64,000 bases of DNA from an uncultured Acidobacteriaceae bacterium (GTDB lineage Bacteria > Acidobacteriota > Terriglobia > Terriglobales > Acidobacteriaceae). The notes under the pieces are model-generated. The model saw nothing but the letters and a program-made list of their open reading frames with translations, was not told where the DNA came from and made no database searches. The DNA is taken from positions 63,281 through 127,280 of the forward strand of contig CAWCRD010000002.1 of NCBI GenBank assembly GCA_963797895.1, in the 5' to 3' direction. This document shows, one piece after another, positions 1 through 9,616 of this stretch. The position numbers and the translations under genes are program-made. Each line of letters begins with the position of its first letter. The first letter of the stretch is position 1.

Positions 1-1
1 A

Positions 2-466
2 GCTCGTCGCGCCCTACGTGTTGAAGCGGGAGCCACCATGGTCGAATTCGCCCTGGCTTCGGTCATTCTGTTCACCCTGGTTTTTGGCGTGATCGCGATC
101 TGCCTGGCGCTCTATAGCTACAACGTAGTCGCCGAGGCGGCCCGCGAAGCAACCCGCTATGCCATGGTCCGCGGCTCCGCCTGCAGCGTCAGCACTTTTT
201 CCGATTGCAACGTAACCTCGGATCAACTTCAGACATATGTCAGGGGTCTGGGTTTCCCTGGAATCAATCCGTCATCCTCGACCTTGACCCTCACGGCAAC
301 GTGGCCAACTACGGGTGCTGCTTGCTTTCCCTCGGTCAGTCCCTGCAACAACCCTGGAAATCTGGTCCAGGTAACGGTGAACTACACCTTCCCCCTGGTG
401 ATTCCATTCGTGCCGAGCCGGAACCTTACCATGTCCAGCACGTCCGCCATGTACATCTCGCAGTAG
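2..466 (+). CDS. TadE/TadG-like Flp pilus assembly protein. The frame is open to the window edge, so the true start may lie upstream.
   Basis: ORF 38..466. The N-terminus GATMVEFALASVILFTLVFGVIAI is the TadE-type VEFAL hydrophobic segment. The frame is open from nt 2. Confidence 0.7.
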   Translation, partial: ARRALRVEAGATMVEFALASVILFTLVFGVIAICLALYSYNVVAEAAREATRYAMVRGSACSVSTFSDCNVTSDQLQTYVRGLGFPGINPSSSTLTLTATWPTTGAACFPSVSPCNNPGNLVQVTVNYTFPLVIPFVPSRNLTMSSTSAMYISQ

Positions 467-671
467 CGCTGCCGATCGCTGGCGCTACAGCAAGAGCACA
501 CGCGGTCTGAGGCGAAAGAGCTCGGACGCAGTGTCTCTCGGAGAACGGCTGCTCAGAACCGATCTCCCCACAGCATGTCGTTCTGCTTCTTTGCTTTAGG
601 CCAACATGATCGACCAAAGGGAGCGAGCCAGTAAGTCGCATCGAAGGCGCGCCTTGCACGTGAGGCAAGCA

Positions 672-2144
672 CTAATCTTCTTCAGGAATAATCAGCAGCA
701 CTTCCACTGCAATGATCTTCCCATCCTGTAAAGCTGGCCGGAAGCGCCATTGCTGCAGTGCGCTCAGCACAAATTTAGCTTGCGAGAAGTCCGTTGGGAA
801 GACCACGGCCAAGCGCTCGAAATGCCCAGACGTATTCAGCAGACCATGCACCATGACGGCATCCGAGTTGAAGTCGGCAGCAACGAGAGTAGGACGCTCC
901 ATCAGGTAAGGCCACGGGGCATGGGGCTGCGTCGCATCCGCATGCACGCTGGAAGCGTCCCGAATCACTGCATATTGCAGGATCCAGTTCTTTTCCAGGC
1001 CCACGTGAAGATACACCGTGTACGCCAGACGGCCCGCCCACAGTTGCATCGTTTCGGGATATTTCTCGGCTATGGAAGCTCCGACGATAACTGCGCTGAA
1101 CTGGCCATCCATCGGCTGGCGAAGCTCGGTAATCGATGCTGTCCCCGGCTCCCCAGTGCCAATGCCATCTCCCTCGTTGCCGTTAGCGTCCCCATCGCTC
1201 GCGCCGCCATGCCCGATGCCCTGCGATCTGCCCTGTCCGCCCGCTCCGGCTGAGGCCAGTTGATTGCCGCCTCCCGCAGTCGATCCGTCGTGACCGCGGT
1301 CATGTGTGTTGTTGCCGGGTCCGGTGGCGTTTGGTTTTCCTGTGCCGTTACTGTCACTGCCCGCCAGCGCCTTCTCCGCGGTGGGATCGTTCACGCCATT
1401 CGCTGCGCCCACTTCATTGAGCGCCGGCAGCGCGACGGTTCCGTGCGCGAGTTGCACGTCGGAGAGGGAAATTACCCGCGCCGGAGTTGCGGGTCCCACC
1501 GAACTGGACGCAATCGCTGGCATTTGCGCGGGCAGCGATGGACGTTTTACCACCAGGGGGGCGGTAGTGCTCGGCGGCAAACTGATCGCAGCTGGGCTGA
1601 ACGCGTTTGCAGAGATCTTCACATCGGCGATTCGCAGTTCATTGTTCGGAGTTTCGAGCGACGGAGTTGAAATTGGGGTACTGGCTATCTGCGGCCGAGG
1701 CGGCGTGATGGTCACAGCCGGCAGGCTCCCGGGAGACCAGATCACGACCTGCGGTAACGGCACTTGCTTGGCGAGCAGATCCGGAGGCAGATCCGGCTGA
1801 ACCAGAGGCTGCGCCGCGCGGATGGGCCGGACGACCTTGCGGATCAGGGGAGAAGCCGGCTCGCCACCCGGGTCGGCCGAGTGCGTCATGGCGGCCGAGA
1901 GGCTCGAGCTCTCACCGCCGCTCCCTCCGGACCGCATCGTCCGGAGACGCGGCGGCTCCACGTTGATCAGTCTTACGGTGTATCGATGTTTCGCAATCAG
2001 GTCTGTCACCCGGACAGTTTCTTTCACATAGACATAGATGGCACAGATTGCCAGAACATGCACCAGTGCGGAGACCAGAAAGCTCGAAGGCCCCCGACGC
2101 GCGGGAGGTGCCTCGGCGAAGAGAGTAATGGTTCGAGGTTGCAT
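672..2144 (-). CDS. Membrane-anchored Pro/Gly-rich protein with a TonB-like C-terminal domain
   Basis: 490 aa ORF with one N-terminal TM segment (FLVSALVHVLAICAIYVYV) and a long Pro/Ser/Gly-rich linker. The C-terminus ALQQWRFRPALQDGKIIAVEVLLII resembles a TonB_C fold. Confidence 0.55.
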   Translation of the reverse strand: MQPRTITLFAEAPPARRGPSSFLVSALVHVLAICAIYVYVKETVRVTDLIAKHRYTVRLINVEPPRLRTMRSGGSGGESSSLSAAMTHSADPGGEPASPLIRKVVRPIRAAQPLVQPDLPPDLLAKQVPLPQVVIWSPGSLPAVTITPPRPQIASTPISTPSLETPNNELRIADVKISANAFSPAAISLPPSTTAPLVVKRPSLPAQMPAIASSSVGPATPARVISLSDVQLAHGTVALPALNEVGAANGVNDPTAEKALAGSDSNGTGKPNATGPGNNTHDRGHDGSTAGGGNQLASAGAGGQGRSQGIGHGGASDGDANGNEGDGIGTGEPGTASITELRQPMDGQFSAVIVGASIAEKYPETMQLWAGRLAYTVYLHVGLEKNWILQYAVIRDASSVHADATQPHAPWPYLMERPTLVAADFNSDAVMVHGLLNTSGHFERLAVVFPTDFSQAKFVLSALQQWRFRPALQDGKIIAVEVLLIIPEED

Positions 2145-2483
2145 GGAAGCCGGGCTCCTGATCAGTCGGTCGCTGGATTCGAACCCTCTCCAGTGTGCGG
2201 CGGAAAGGGGCTGTACATGTCTACTGGCAATCCTCTACTAGCAATCCGTTGGCCAACCGGCTTGACCCTCAATCAGCGCTAGTTCAGCGAGGCTGGCACA
2301 GATAGTGTCCGCGGGACTACACACCGAAGATTGCAGTGAATACGGGTGTGCACACCGGATCCACCTTCAGTCGCTTAAAGCCCTGATTCCGCAGGCTTCT
2401 CAAGCCGGATGCTTTGGCATAGCAATTGCCATTAGCACAGCGGAAAGCCGGGCGGTGAAAGCCAGTCCGAATAGGTCCCTGAA

Positions 2484-3326
2484 ATGAATCGAAGACTCGC
2501 AATTGTCCTTTTCAGCGCATTTGTCGTCGCCGCACTGTGCAGTTTTCTGGTGTACCGGGTCATCGGCAATCGTCTGGGAGCGGTGCAGCCGAAGGCAACA
2601 CGGCTGATTGTCGCTGCTGCTGATATCAAACTGGGAAGCGTGCTCCGCGATGTCGATCTCACGACGGCGGACTTCGTCGGGTCACTGCCGAAAGGAGCGA
2701 TCCTGAAGAAGCAAGACGCGATTGGCCGTGGCGTCGTATCCAACCTTTACCAGGGAGAGCCGGTCCTCGACAGTAGGCTTGCAGCGATTGGCTCAGGGGG
2801 AGGACTCGCAGCCACAATCCGGCAGGGGATGCGGGCCTGCGCAGTGAAGGTGGACGAGGTCGTCGGCGTGGCCGGATTCGTAACTCCCGGCATGCGCGTT
2901 GACGTGCTCATCTCCGGCAATCCGCCCGGCCCAATCGATCCGGCGCAGGGTCCCAAGGTCAGGACGCTCTTCCAGAACGTTGAGGTCCTCTCTGCCGGCA
3001 CCGATATCCAAAAAGATGGTGAAGGCAAGCCGCATCAAGTGCAGGTCGTCAATCTCCTTGTAACTCCAGACCAGGCAGAGTTGTTGAGCTTGGCCAGCAC
3101 GCAAGCGCACATACAGCTTGTGCTGCGCAATCCACTGGATACACAAGTCGCGCATCTTTCGGGATCAGCTCTGACGAATCTCTACAGCGATGGAAAACCG
3201 ATACCGGCTGCCGGTCCTCGCCGGGTAACTCGACCTGTCCCGCAAGCACACTTCTATGTAGTCGAAGTATTCAACGGCTCCAAGAGAAGCGAAGAAAAAT
3301 TTGTTGGGGCGGAGGAGAAACAGTGA
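2484..3326 (+). CDS. cpaB: Flp pilus assembly protein CpaB/RcpC (SAF domain)
   Basis: 280 aa with an N-terminal TM segment, then a SAF-like segment (LIVAAADIKLGSVLRDVDL). Its stop overlaps the secretin start (GTGA). Confidence 0.85.
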   Translation: MNRRLAIVLFSAFVVAALCSFLVYRVIGNRLGAVQPKATRLIVAAADIKLGSVLRDVDLTTADFVGSLPKGAILKKQDAIGRGVVSNLYQGEPVLDSRLAAIGSGGGLAATIRQGMRACAVKVDEVVGVAGFVTPGMRVDVLISGNPPGPIDPAQGPKVRTLFQNVEVLSAGTDIQKDGEGKPHQVQVVNLLVTPDQAELLSLASTQAHIQLVLRNPLDTQVAHLSGSALTNLYSDGKPIPAAGPRRVTRPVPQAHFYVVEVFNGSKRSEEKFVGAEEKQ

Positions 3327-4870
3327 AAGTATCTGCCTCTCTTGTCTTGATGTCTTTGATGATCTGTGCACATTCTTTCGCACAGGCCCAGGCCCGCCAT
3401 AATCCTGCCGAGATGCCCCAGGCATCGACACAGGATTCTGCGAATGAACTCTTTGTCGCCGTAGGGAAATCGGTGCTCATCGATGTCACTAGGCCGATCC
3501 AGCGGGTCGCTGTTGGGCTCGGTGATCTGGCAGAAGCCACAGTCGTGAGTCCGCAGGAGATTCTAGTGAATGGAAAGGCCGCCGGCGACACGAGTTTGAT
3601 CGTGTGGGAATCCGGTGGCGGGCGGCAGTTCTACAACGTCGTGATTCGCCCCAGTCCGAGCGTCGCCAATGACCGTCTGGATGGACTTCGGCGCGAGCTG
3701 CGCGCGGAACTTCCGGGACAACCCATCCGCGTCACTTCCGACAACGATCAGATATTTCTGCGCGGTACCGTGAAGGATCTAACCAGCTCCGCTCGTGCTA
3801 TCCAGATCGCATCCACGGCGGGAAAAGTGGTGAATCTTCTTTATGTGGACGTGCCTTCCTCCGAGCCGCAGGTCCTTCTCAAAGTGCGATTCGCCAGCGT
3901 AGACCGTACAGTGGAGAAGCAGCTCGGGCTTAATATCTTTAGTCTGGGGGCGGCCAATTCGATTGGCTCCGTGACCACGGGGCAGTTTCCGGCACCGTCA
4001 TTCCCGCCGCTCGTCACCGGCGGCAGCTCCTCGTCCGCGAGTTTGTCTGATTTCATGAATCTCTTCATCTTCCGCCCGGACCTCAACTTGGGCGCAACCT
4101 TGAAGGCGCTTGAAACAAAAGGGATGCTGGAAGTACTTGCCGAGCCAAATGTGCTTGCAATTAATGGCAAGCAGGCGAGCTTTCTCGCCGGAGGTGAATA
4201 TCCTTACCCGACCGTGCAGGGTGTAACCGGCGGCGGTACGGGAGCGGTTACGATTCAGTTCAAGGAGTTTGGCGTTCGTCTCAACTTTATTCCTACCGTA
4301 ACTCCACGCAATACCATTCACCTGCAGGTCGCGCCGGAGGTCAGCTCGCTTGACTTCACCAATGGCATCGTCATCTCCGGGTTCAATGTTCCCGGCCTCA
4401 CAGTGCGAAGAGTAAAGACCGATGTCGAACTGAGGGAAGGGCAAAGCTTCGCTATTGGCGGCTTGCTGGACAATCGCGAGACGCAGAACCTTAGCAAGAT
4501 TCCCTTCATCGGTGACGTGCCGATCCTCGGGAAGTTTTTCCAATCCATTCAGCGGACCAAGACGAATACAGAGCTGCTCATTATTGTGACGCCGGAAATC
4601 GTTGCACCGATTCCGGCGGGTGCGCCATTGCCCCAGGTCAACTATCCGATTCCTTTCATGGCTTCGAATTCCAATCATCCGATGACCAATCCTGGGCCTG
4701 ATGTCACCGGTGCAAAGCCTTTGCCGGACACGCCCTCCAACATGCCGGTGGAGAAGTTGATCGAGAGCATGAAGCCTGAACAGCCATTGGTGGTCGAGGG
4801 CGGCATGACCAGCAGCGGCTACACATCGGGCCAGGGGGCCTCGACCGGAGCTGCAGCCTCGCCGCAGTAG
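3323..4870 (+). CDS. cpaC: Tad/Flp pilus secretin CpaC/RcpA (type II/III secretion system secretin family)
   Basis: 515 aa with a signal peptide and a BON-like N-domain. Secretin core: LAEPNVLAINGKQASFLAGGEYPYP ... VELREGQSFAIGGLL ... IPFIGDVPILGKFF. Confidence 0.9.
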   Translation: MKVSASLVLMSLMICAHSFAQAQARHNPAEMPQASTQDSANELFVAVGKSVLIDVTRPIQRVAVGLGDLAEATVVSPQEILVNGKAAGDTSLIVWESGGGRQFYNVVIRPSPSVANDRLDGLRRELRAELPGQPIRVTSDNDQIFLRGTVKDLTSSARAIQIASTAGKVVNLLYVDVPSSEPQVLLKVRFASVDRTVEKQLGLNIFSLGAANSIGSVTTGQFPAPSFPPLVTGGSSSSASLSDFMNLFIFRPDLNLGATLKALETKGMLEVLAEPNVLAINGKQASFLAGGEYPYPTVQGVTGGGTGAVTIQFKEFGVRLNFIPTVTPRNTIHLQVAPEVSSLDFTNGIVISGFNVPGLTVRRVKTDVELREGQSFAIGGLLDNRETQNLSKIPFIGDVPILGKFFQSIQRTKTNTELLIIVTPEIVAPIPAGAPLPQVNYPIPFMASNSNHPMTNPGPDVTGAKPLPDTPSNMPVEKLIESMKPEQPLVVEGGMTSSGYTSGQGASTGAAASPQ

Positions 4871-5059
4871 AGCATCCCCGGTATAGACCTAGGCTGTAGT
4901 AATCGCTCATGTGGCTTTCTCAAGTGAAAGCCACATCCGGTGACTCGCCCCAGCCCACAATTACCGAAAATGCTGTTGCCACACCGCAGAGCGGGGCGGT
5001 CATTCACCATGCATATCTCTCTCTGGCTCCGGAAGCTTGGCTTAACGCGTGATCTCGGC

Positions 5060-5437
5060 ATGGGGCGAAGAGATTCGAGTCCGCGGCGGCAGGTTCAGAA
5101 CCTGAGAACGCAGAGCATCGTGGCATATGTGGAAGTGGCTGATCGGGGATCGGCCCGCACGCGCGGTTTGCTCGGCAGGCAATCTCTGGGCGAAGGCGAA
5201 GGCCTGTGGATCGTGCCCTGCGAGGCAGTGCATACCTTCGGGATGCGGTTTGCCGTCGATCTCGTCTTCCTCGATCGCCGGAATGTTGTCAGAAAAGTGA
5301 GAAGCAGTGTGCCGCCGTGGCGCCTGTCTGGCTGCCTCCGGGCCCGTTCCGTCCTCGAGCTCTCGGCAGGAACGCTCGAAAGAACGCCGATCCGCCCTGG
5401 CGACAAGCTAGACCTCTCTCCTCTCTCAGAGTCGTAA
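5060..5437 (+). CDS. DUF192 (COG1430) family protein; start uncertain (ORF opens at 4940, other ATGs at 5009 and 5060)
   Basis: DUF192-like core: ARTRGLLGR ... GLWIVPCEAVHTFGMRFAVDLVFLD ... VLELSAGTLERTPIRPGDKL. Confidence 0.65.
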   Translation: MGRRDSSPRRQVQNLRTQSIVAYVEVADRGSARTRGLLGRQSLGEGEGLWIVPCEAVHTFGMRFAVDLVFLDRRNVVRKVRSSVPPWRLSGCLRARSVLELSAGTLERTPIRPGDKLDLSPLSES

Positions 5438-5735
5438 AGCTTCCCAAACGCAGTTCCAATTTCTGCCGAGTTATGCACTATGCAACTATATGCATATCTT
5501 CTCAGTATCTCTGTCATTAGAACCTTGTGCTTTGGCTGCAAAGAGCGACACGTGTATACCCCGCTTTGCCTCCCTTGGTGCCCTGTAAACGCGCGTGGAC
5601 ACCATATCTGCCGCCACAAATTTGTAAGTCATTCATTTCTATGCACTAGCCCCCTGATGTGATTGGCCAGATACGTGCTAACTAGCTAGGCAAAGCCCGG
5701 CACGCCCGGAAAATCGCTCTACCTGGAGGAAGTAA

Positions 5736-5930
5736 ATGAAAGAAACAATGCTGAAGCTATCCGCAAAGCTGCAGACCCTGCTGCTGCAGGAAGAAGGTCA
5801 GGATCTGATCGAGTACGCCTTGGTGGTCGCTCTGATCGCTTTTGCCGCTACTGTCGGAATGCAAGGGCTGGCCACAAATATCAATACCGCCTTTGGCACC
5901 ATTGGCAATAAGCTTACCGCCGCCATCTAA
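5736..5930 (+). CDS. flp: Flp family type IVb pilin
   Basis: 64 aa. Prepilin-peptidase site EEG/QDLIEYALVVALIAFAA (G-X4-EY motif). GGAGGA RBS 6 nt upstream. Confidence 0.9.
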   Translation: MKETMLKLSAKLQTLLLQEEGQDLIEYALVVALIAFAATVGMQGLATNINTAFGTIGNKLTAAI

Positions 5931-6107
5931 CTCGCGAGGAAGGGCTACGGGCCACTCAACTCGTTCATCCATGCCGGGAGAGACGCGCGGTGCAAGCAAA
6001 ACGCTGCTCCGACACTCTCTCCCTTGCAAGGAAACGACACTCTTGCGGCGGAGATGAAGCACATGCGATGGAAGCCATGGCCCTGCTACTGCATACTTCA
6101 GGCCGTG

Positions 6108-6260
6108 ATGGTGCAGGAAGCGGGCCAGGACCTGGTTGAGTACACGATGGTCTTCGCCGTCATAGCCCTTGCCGCGACCGCCGGTATGCAGTCTGTAGCC
6201 GGAGGCATTTCCACGGTCTTCACTACCATTGGTAGCACTCTCCGTAATGCTGTGAGCTGA
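6108..6260 (+). CDS. flp: Second Flp family pilin; start chosen at the ATG at 6108 (ORF opens at 6024)
   Basis: MVQEAG/QDLVEYTMVFAVIALAA shows the same G-X4-EY processing motif. The mature part is about 45 aa. Confidence 0.8.
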   Translation: MVQEAGQDLVEYTMVFAVIALAATAGMQSVAGGISTVFTTIGSTLRNAVS

Positions 6261-6349
6261 TCTAACGATAGTCGGTTCGTTCCCTGTGACCGTTCAGCAT
6301 GATGGCCCAAGTTGATAGTGTCTTAATCTCTTTCTGAATTGCTAGACCT

Positions 6350-8020
6350 ATGTCCACCTCGGAGCTGATCACCCAGTCGGGTAAGGAAGAGCGCACCTCA
6401 CTAGCTCCGCCGAAGATAGGGGACCGGCTTCGAAGGCTTGTTCCATATCTGGTATTTGCGTTCTGCGCCAGCCTCTACTTTCTCCCATTCATGCGGCTGC
6501 TCCTACAAGGTTTTAATGAGGGAACCCTTGATTGTGGAGCGGTGAGAATTCTTCACGGCCAACTCCTGGGCCGAGACTTCTTCGAGGTCATCGGCCCTGG
6601 AACCTTTTACTGGCTGGCTCTCTTCTTCAAGCTCTTCGGCGCAACATTCGTTGCAAGCCGCATCTGTCTCTTCATCAGTTCTTTGCTTACCGCTCTGTCT
6701 ATGTACTTTCTGACGCGTAGGATATGCCGTAGCTACCACGTACTGCCGTGCATACTCTTGTTCGCCACATATTTCGGTACGCTTTGGCCCGGCGTCAATT
6801 ACCACGTAGACGGCAACTGCTTCGCACTCCTTGCCGTAGTCTGCATGGTCCTGTGGCACGACTCCAAAAGGAATTCCCTATTGGTCACAGCAGGGGCGTT
6901 GACTGGAGCGACGATCCTGACGCTTCAGCCCAAGGGGATACTGCTGCTGCTCGCGTTTCTAGTCTGGTTGTCGATACAACACTGGCGGGAGTCAACCTCA
7001 CTAACTACGTTGATCTGGGTGGCGGGTGGATGCGTCGGTGTCGTCGCATCGATGCTTGGCTACTTCTGGAGCCACGGCGCACTGCATGACCTAATCTATG
7101 CGAACGTCATCTGGCCCTCGCAGAACTACGGAACTGGAAACACGGTGCCGTATGGCTTCGGAACCCTAGATCACTTTCATCACTGGATCGCTCCGACGCA
7201 CGGCATCCACTGGACTGTCGGAATGGCCGTGGTACTGTTTATTCCGTTTTTGTTTGTGGCTGTCCTGCCCGCGCTGCTAGTGCCTCTCGCGGTTAGTAAT
7301 GGAATGAAAGCAGTAAGCTCGGAAATTGCGCTTTACTGGTTGGCCGGCTCCGCTCTTTGGGTCTCCGAGCTTCACCGCAAAGACATCAGTCATCTTGTCT
7401 TCGGATCACCTCTGCTGATTCTCTTATGTATTTTCTATCTGCAGAAGAGCCCGGACAACAGTTTCCGCCTGGCACTCCAGGTGCTTTCCATAGCGGTCAC
7501 CTGCCTTGCTGGCGCCGCGCTCATTGTTGCCCTGATTGCTCGACCCATACAAACCCGTGCAGGTCGAGTGCACATGGCCGCATACGATCCAGCTCTTGTC
7601 GCGATCGAGGAACGTGTGCCGGCAGGAGCAGACATCTTTATCTACCCCTACCCTCCCATGGAGTATTTCCTGTCGGGCACCACCAATCCGACGCGCTATA
7701 GTCTCCTGGCCCACAACTACAACACTCCATCTCAATTTGAAGAGGTTGTTCGTAGCCTGGAACAACATCAAGTGAAGTACGTGCTCTGGAACAAAAAAAT
7801 TGCGGATGACATTCTGCCCGGTCTATATCCCGGCAAGGAGCCCAGGCAAGGCATCATGGAGCCTTACTTAGAATCGCATTACAGTCCCATCTGGGTTCAG
7901 GACAATGTTCTCCTCATGGAGCGGATCGAGAATAGTCCGCATTCGGATCCGGCAGGGATGCGTAAGTTGATTCCTATGTCAATCCGCAGCAGCAACAAAC
8001 AACTTCCGGTGGGGCATTAG
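6350..8020 (+). CDS. Polytopic membrane protein, GT-C fold glycosyltransferase-like (GT39/GT83, ArnT/PMT-like), paralogue 1
   Basis: 556 aa with about 10-12 TM segments and a soluble C-terminal domain of about 150 aa. It is roughly 65-70% identical by eye to the next ORF. The first predicted loop carries FNEG where the paralogue has SDEG. Confidence 0.55.
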   Translation: MSTSELITQSGKEERTSLAPPKIGDRLRRLVPYLVFAFCASLYFLPFMRLLLQGFNEGTLDCGAVRILHGQLLGRDFFEVIGPGTFYWLALFFKLFGATFVASRICLFISSLLTALSMYFLTRRICRSYHVLPCILLFATYFGTLWPGVNYHVDGNCFALLAVVCMVLWHDSKRNSLLVTAGALTGATILTLQPKGILLLLAFLVWLSIQHWRESTSLTTLIWVAGGCVGVVASMLGYFWSHGALHDLIYANVIWPSQNYGTGNTVPYGFGTLDHFHHWIAPTHGIHWTVGMAVVLFIPFLFVAVLPALLVPLAVSNGMKAVSSEIALYWLAGSALWVSELHRKDISHLVFGSPLLILLCIFYLQKSPDNSFRLALQVLSIAVTCLAGAALIVALIARPIQTRAGRVHMAAYDPALVAIEERVPAGADIFIYPYPPMEYFLSGTTNPTRYSLLAHNYNTPSQFEEVVRSLEQHQVKYVLWNKKIADDILPGLYPGKEPRQGIMEPYLESHYSPIWVQDNVLLMERIENSPHSDPAGMRKLIPMSIRSSNKQLPVGH

Positions 8021-8026
8021 GCAGCC

Positions 8027-9616
8027 ATGTCAACGGCAGAGCTGATATCTGAGCTGAACGCGAGGCCGGGGGGATCTGCGAAGGCGCCGTGCGCGCGCAG
8101 GTATGTCCCATATCTGGTATTCGCATTTTGTGCCAGTCTGTATCTTTTCCCCTTCATGCGGCTGCTCCTTCATGGGAGTGACGAGGGAATTCTGTTTGAA
8201 GGAGCAGTTAGGACGTTGCATGGTCAGCTTCTGGGCAGAGACTTCCTGGAAGTTGTGGGTCCTGGGACATTTTATTGGCTGGCGCTCTTCTTCAAGCTTT
8301 TCGGCGTGACGTTTCTCGCAAGCCGTCTCTGCCTTTTCGTCAGTTCCCTGGGAACCGCGCTATCCATCTACTTCTTGTCTCGCAGAGTCTGTCACAGTCA
8401 TCAGGTACTGCCGTCTATTCTTGTATTTGCTACATATTTCGGCGTACTATGGCCAACAATCAGCCATCACGTAGACAGCAATTGTTTCGCTCTGCTTGCG
8501 GTGGTTTGCATGGTCCTCTGGCAGGACGTCCGGAAGAGCTGGCTTTTGCTGGCAGCAGGGGCGCTGGCTGGAGCAGCTACCCTCACCCTGCAGCCTAAGG
8601 GTATCCTGCTGCTGCTTGCGTTCCTTATCTGGCTATGGATACAGCACCGGCGGCAGTCTGCTTCGCTTACGGCTCTGGCGTGGGTAACGGGTGGATGGGT
8701 CGTTGTGGTCGGTCTGATGCTCGGCTATTTCTGGAGCCAGGGTGCATTGGCTGATCTGATCTATGTAAATGTTGTGTGGCCATCGCATAATTATGGTCCT
8801 GCGTTCTCTGTGCACTATGGGTCCTATCTCTTGGAGAATTTCACTCATTGGATCGTGCCGATGCACGGCATGAACTGGACCATTGGGATGGCAACTCTAT
8901 TGGTCATTCCATTTCTGTTTGTAGCAGTACTTCCTTTTGTTCTAATGTGTCTCGGCGTCTGGCACGGATTTAGAAAGCTACCGTCGGAGATTGTCTTGTA
9001 CTGGCTGGCAGGCTCTGCCCTGTGGTTCTCCGAGATTCACCGGAAGGATATCTGCCATCTTGTCTTTGGATCTCCGCTGCTGATCATTCTGTGCGTGTTC
9101 TATCTACAGGCATACCGGGGCCGCTCATTCAGCGTGGCGATCCAGGTGTTGTCAATCACATCCGTCTGCCTTGCCGCCGCTACTCTAATGATTGCTTTGT
9201 TAGCTCGGCCCGTGGCCACCCGGGTAGGTCAGGTAAGCATGGCCGCATACGATCCAGTTCTCACTGCGATCGATGAACACGTACCGCCGGGAGGGGAAAT
9301 ATTCGTCTATCCCTATGCTCCCATGTACTACTTTCTGTCGGCTACGACCAATCCCACGCGTTACGCCGTCCTTTACTACAACTTCAAAATCCACTCCCGC
9401 TCAACATTTGACGAAGTGATACAAACGTTGACCCAACGTCGGGTGAAGTATGTCTGGTGGGACAGGAGCGCTCAGGACAGGCTGCAAATCCTCTTTCCGG
9501 GGGCCGATCTCAAGGGAAACATCTTCGAACGTTATCTGAAAGCGCACTATCGGGCCGTGTGGACCTGCAAAGACGGTGTTCTTATGGAGCGCAACAATGA
9601 CGACCATGTTAACTAG
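8027..9616 (+). CDS. Polytopic membrane protein, GT-C fold glycosyltransferase-like, paralogue 2
   Basis: 529 aa, colinear with 6350..8020 (for example VPYLVFAFCASLY, GPGTFYWLALFFKLFG, FALLAVVCMVLW). The first loop has an acidic SDEG motif. The gap after paralogue 1 is 6 nt. Confidence 0.55.
   Translation: MSTAELISELNARPGGSAKAPCARRYVPYLVFAFCASLYLFPFMRLLLHGSDEGILFEGAVRTLHGQLLGRDFLEVVGPGTFYWLALFFKLFGVTFLASRLCLFVSSLGTALSIYFLSRRVCHSHQVLPSILVFATYFGVLWPTISHHVDSNCFALLAVVCMVLWQDVRKSWLLLAAGALAGAATLTLQPKGILLLLAFLIWLWIQHRRQSASLTALAWVTGGWVVVVGLMLGYFWSQGALADLIYVNVVWPSHNYGPAFSVHYGSYLLENFTHWIVPMHGMNWTIGMATLLVIPFLFVAVLPFVLMCLGVWHGFRKLPSEIVLYWLAGSALWFSEIHRKDICHLVFGSPLLIILCVFYLQAYRGRSFSVAIQVLSITSVCLAAATLMIALLARPVATRVGQVSMAAYDPVLTAIDEHVPPGGEIFVYPYAPMYYFLSATTNPTRYAVLYYNFKIHSRSTFDEVIQTLTQRRVKYVWWDRSAQDRLQILFPGADLKGNIFERYLKAHYRAVWTCKDGVLMERNNDDHVN

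Noticed and set aside
2175-2186. GGATTCGAACCC, which resembles the reverse complement of a tRNA T-loop, in the tonB-like/cpaB intergenic region
   Set aside because: The flanking bases do not form a T-stem (GCTGG versus CCCTC). No acceptor, anticodon or D arms could be built on either strand.
5560-5735. Possible sigma-54 promoter (TGGTGC..., GGCACG...) or c-di-GMP riboswitch (GGCAAAGCCCGG) in the flp leader
   Set aside because: Neither GG-N10-GC spacing with a TTGC -12 box nor the first half of the GEMM-I motif (GGCAAACC ... GAAA tetraloop) is present. Only short partial matches exist.
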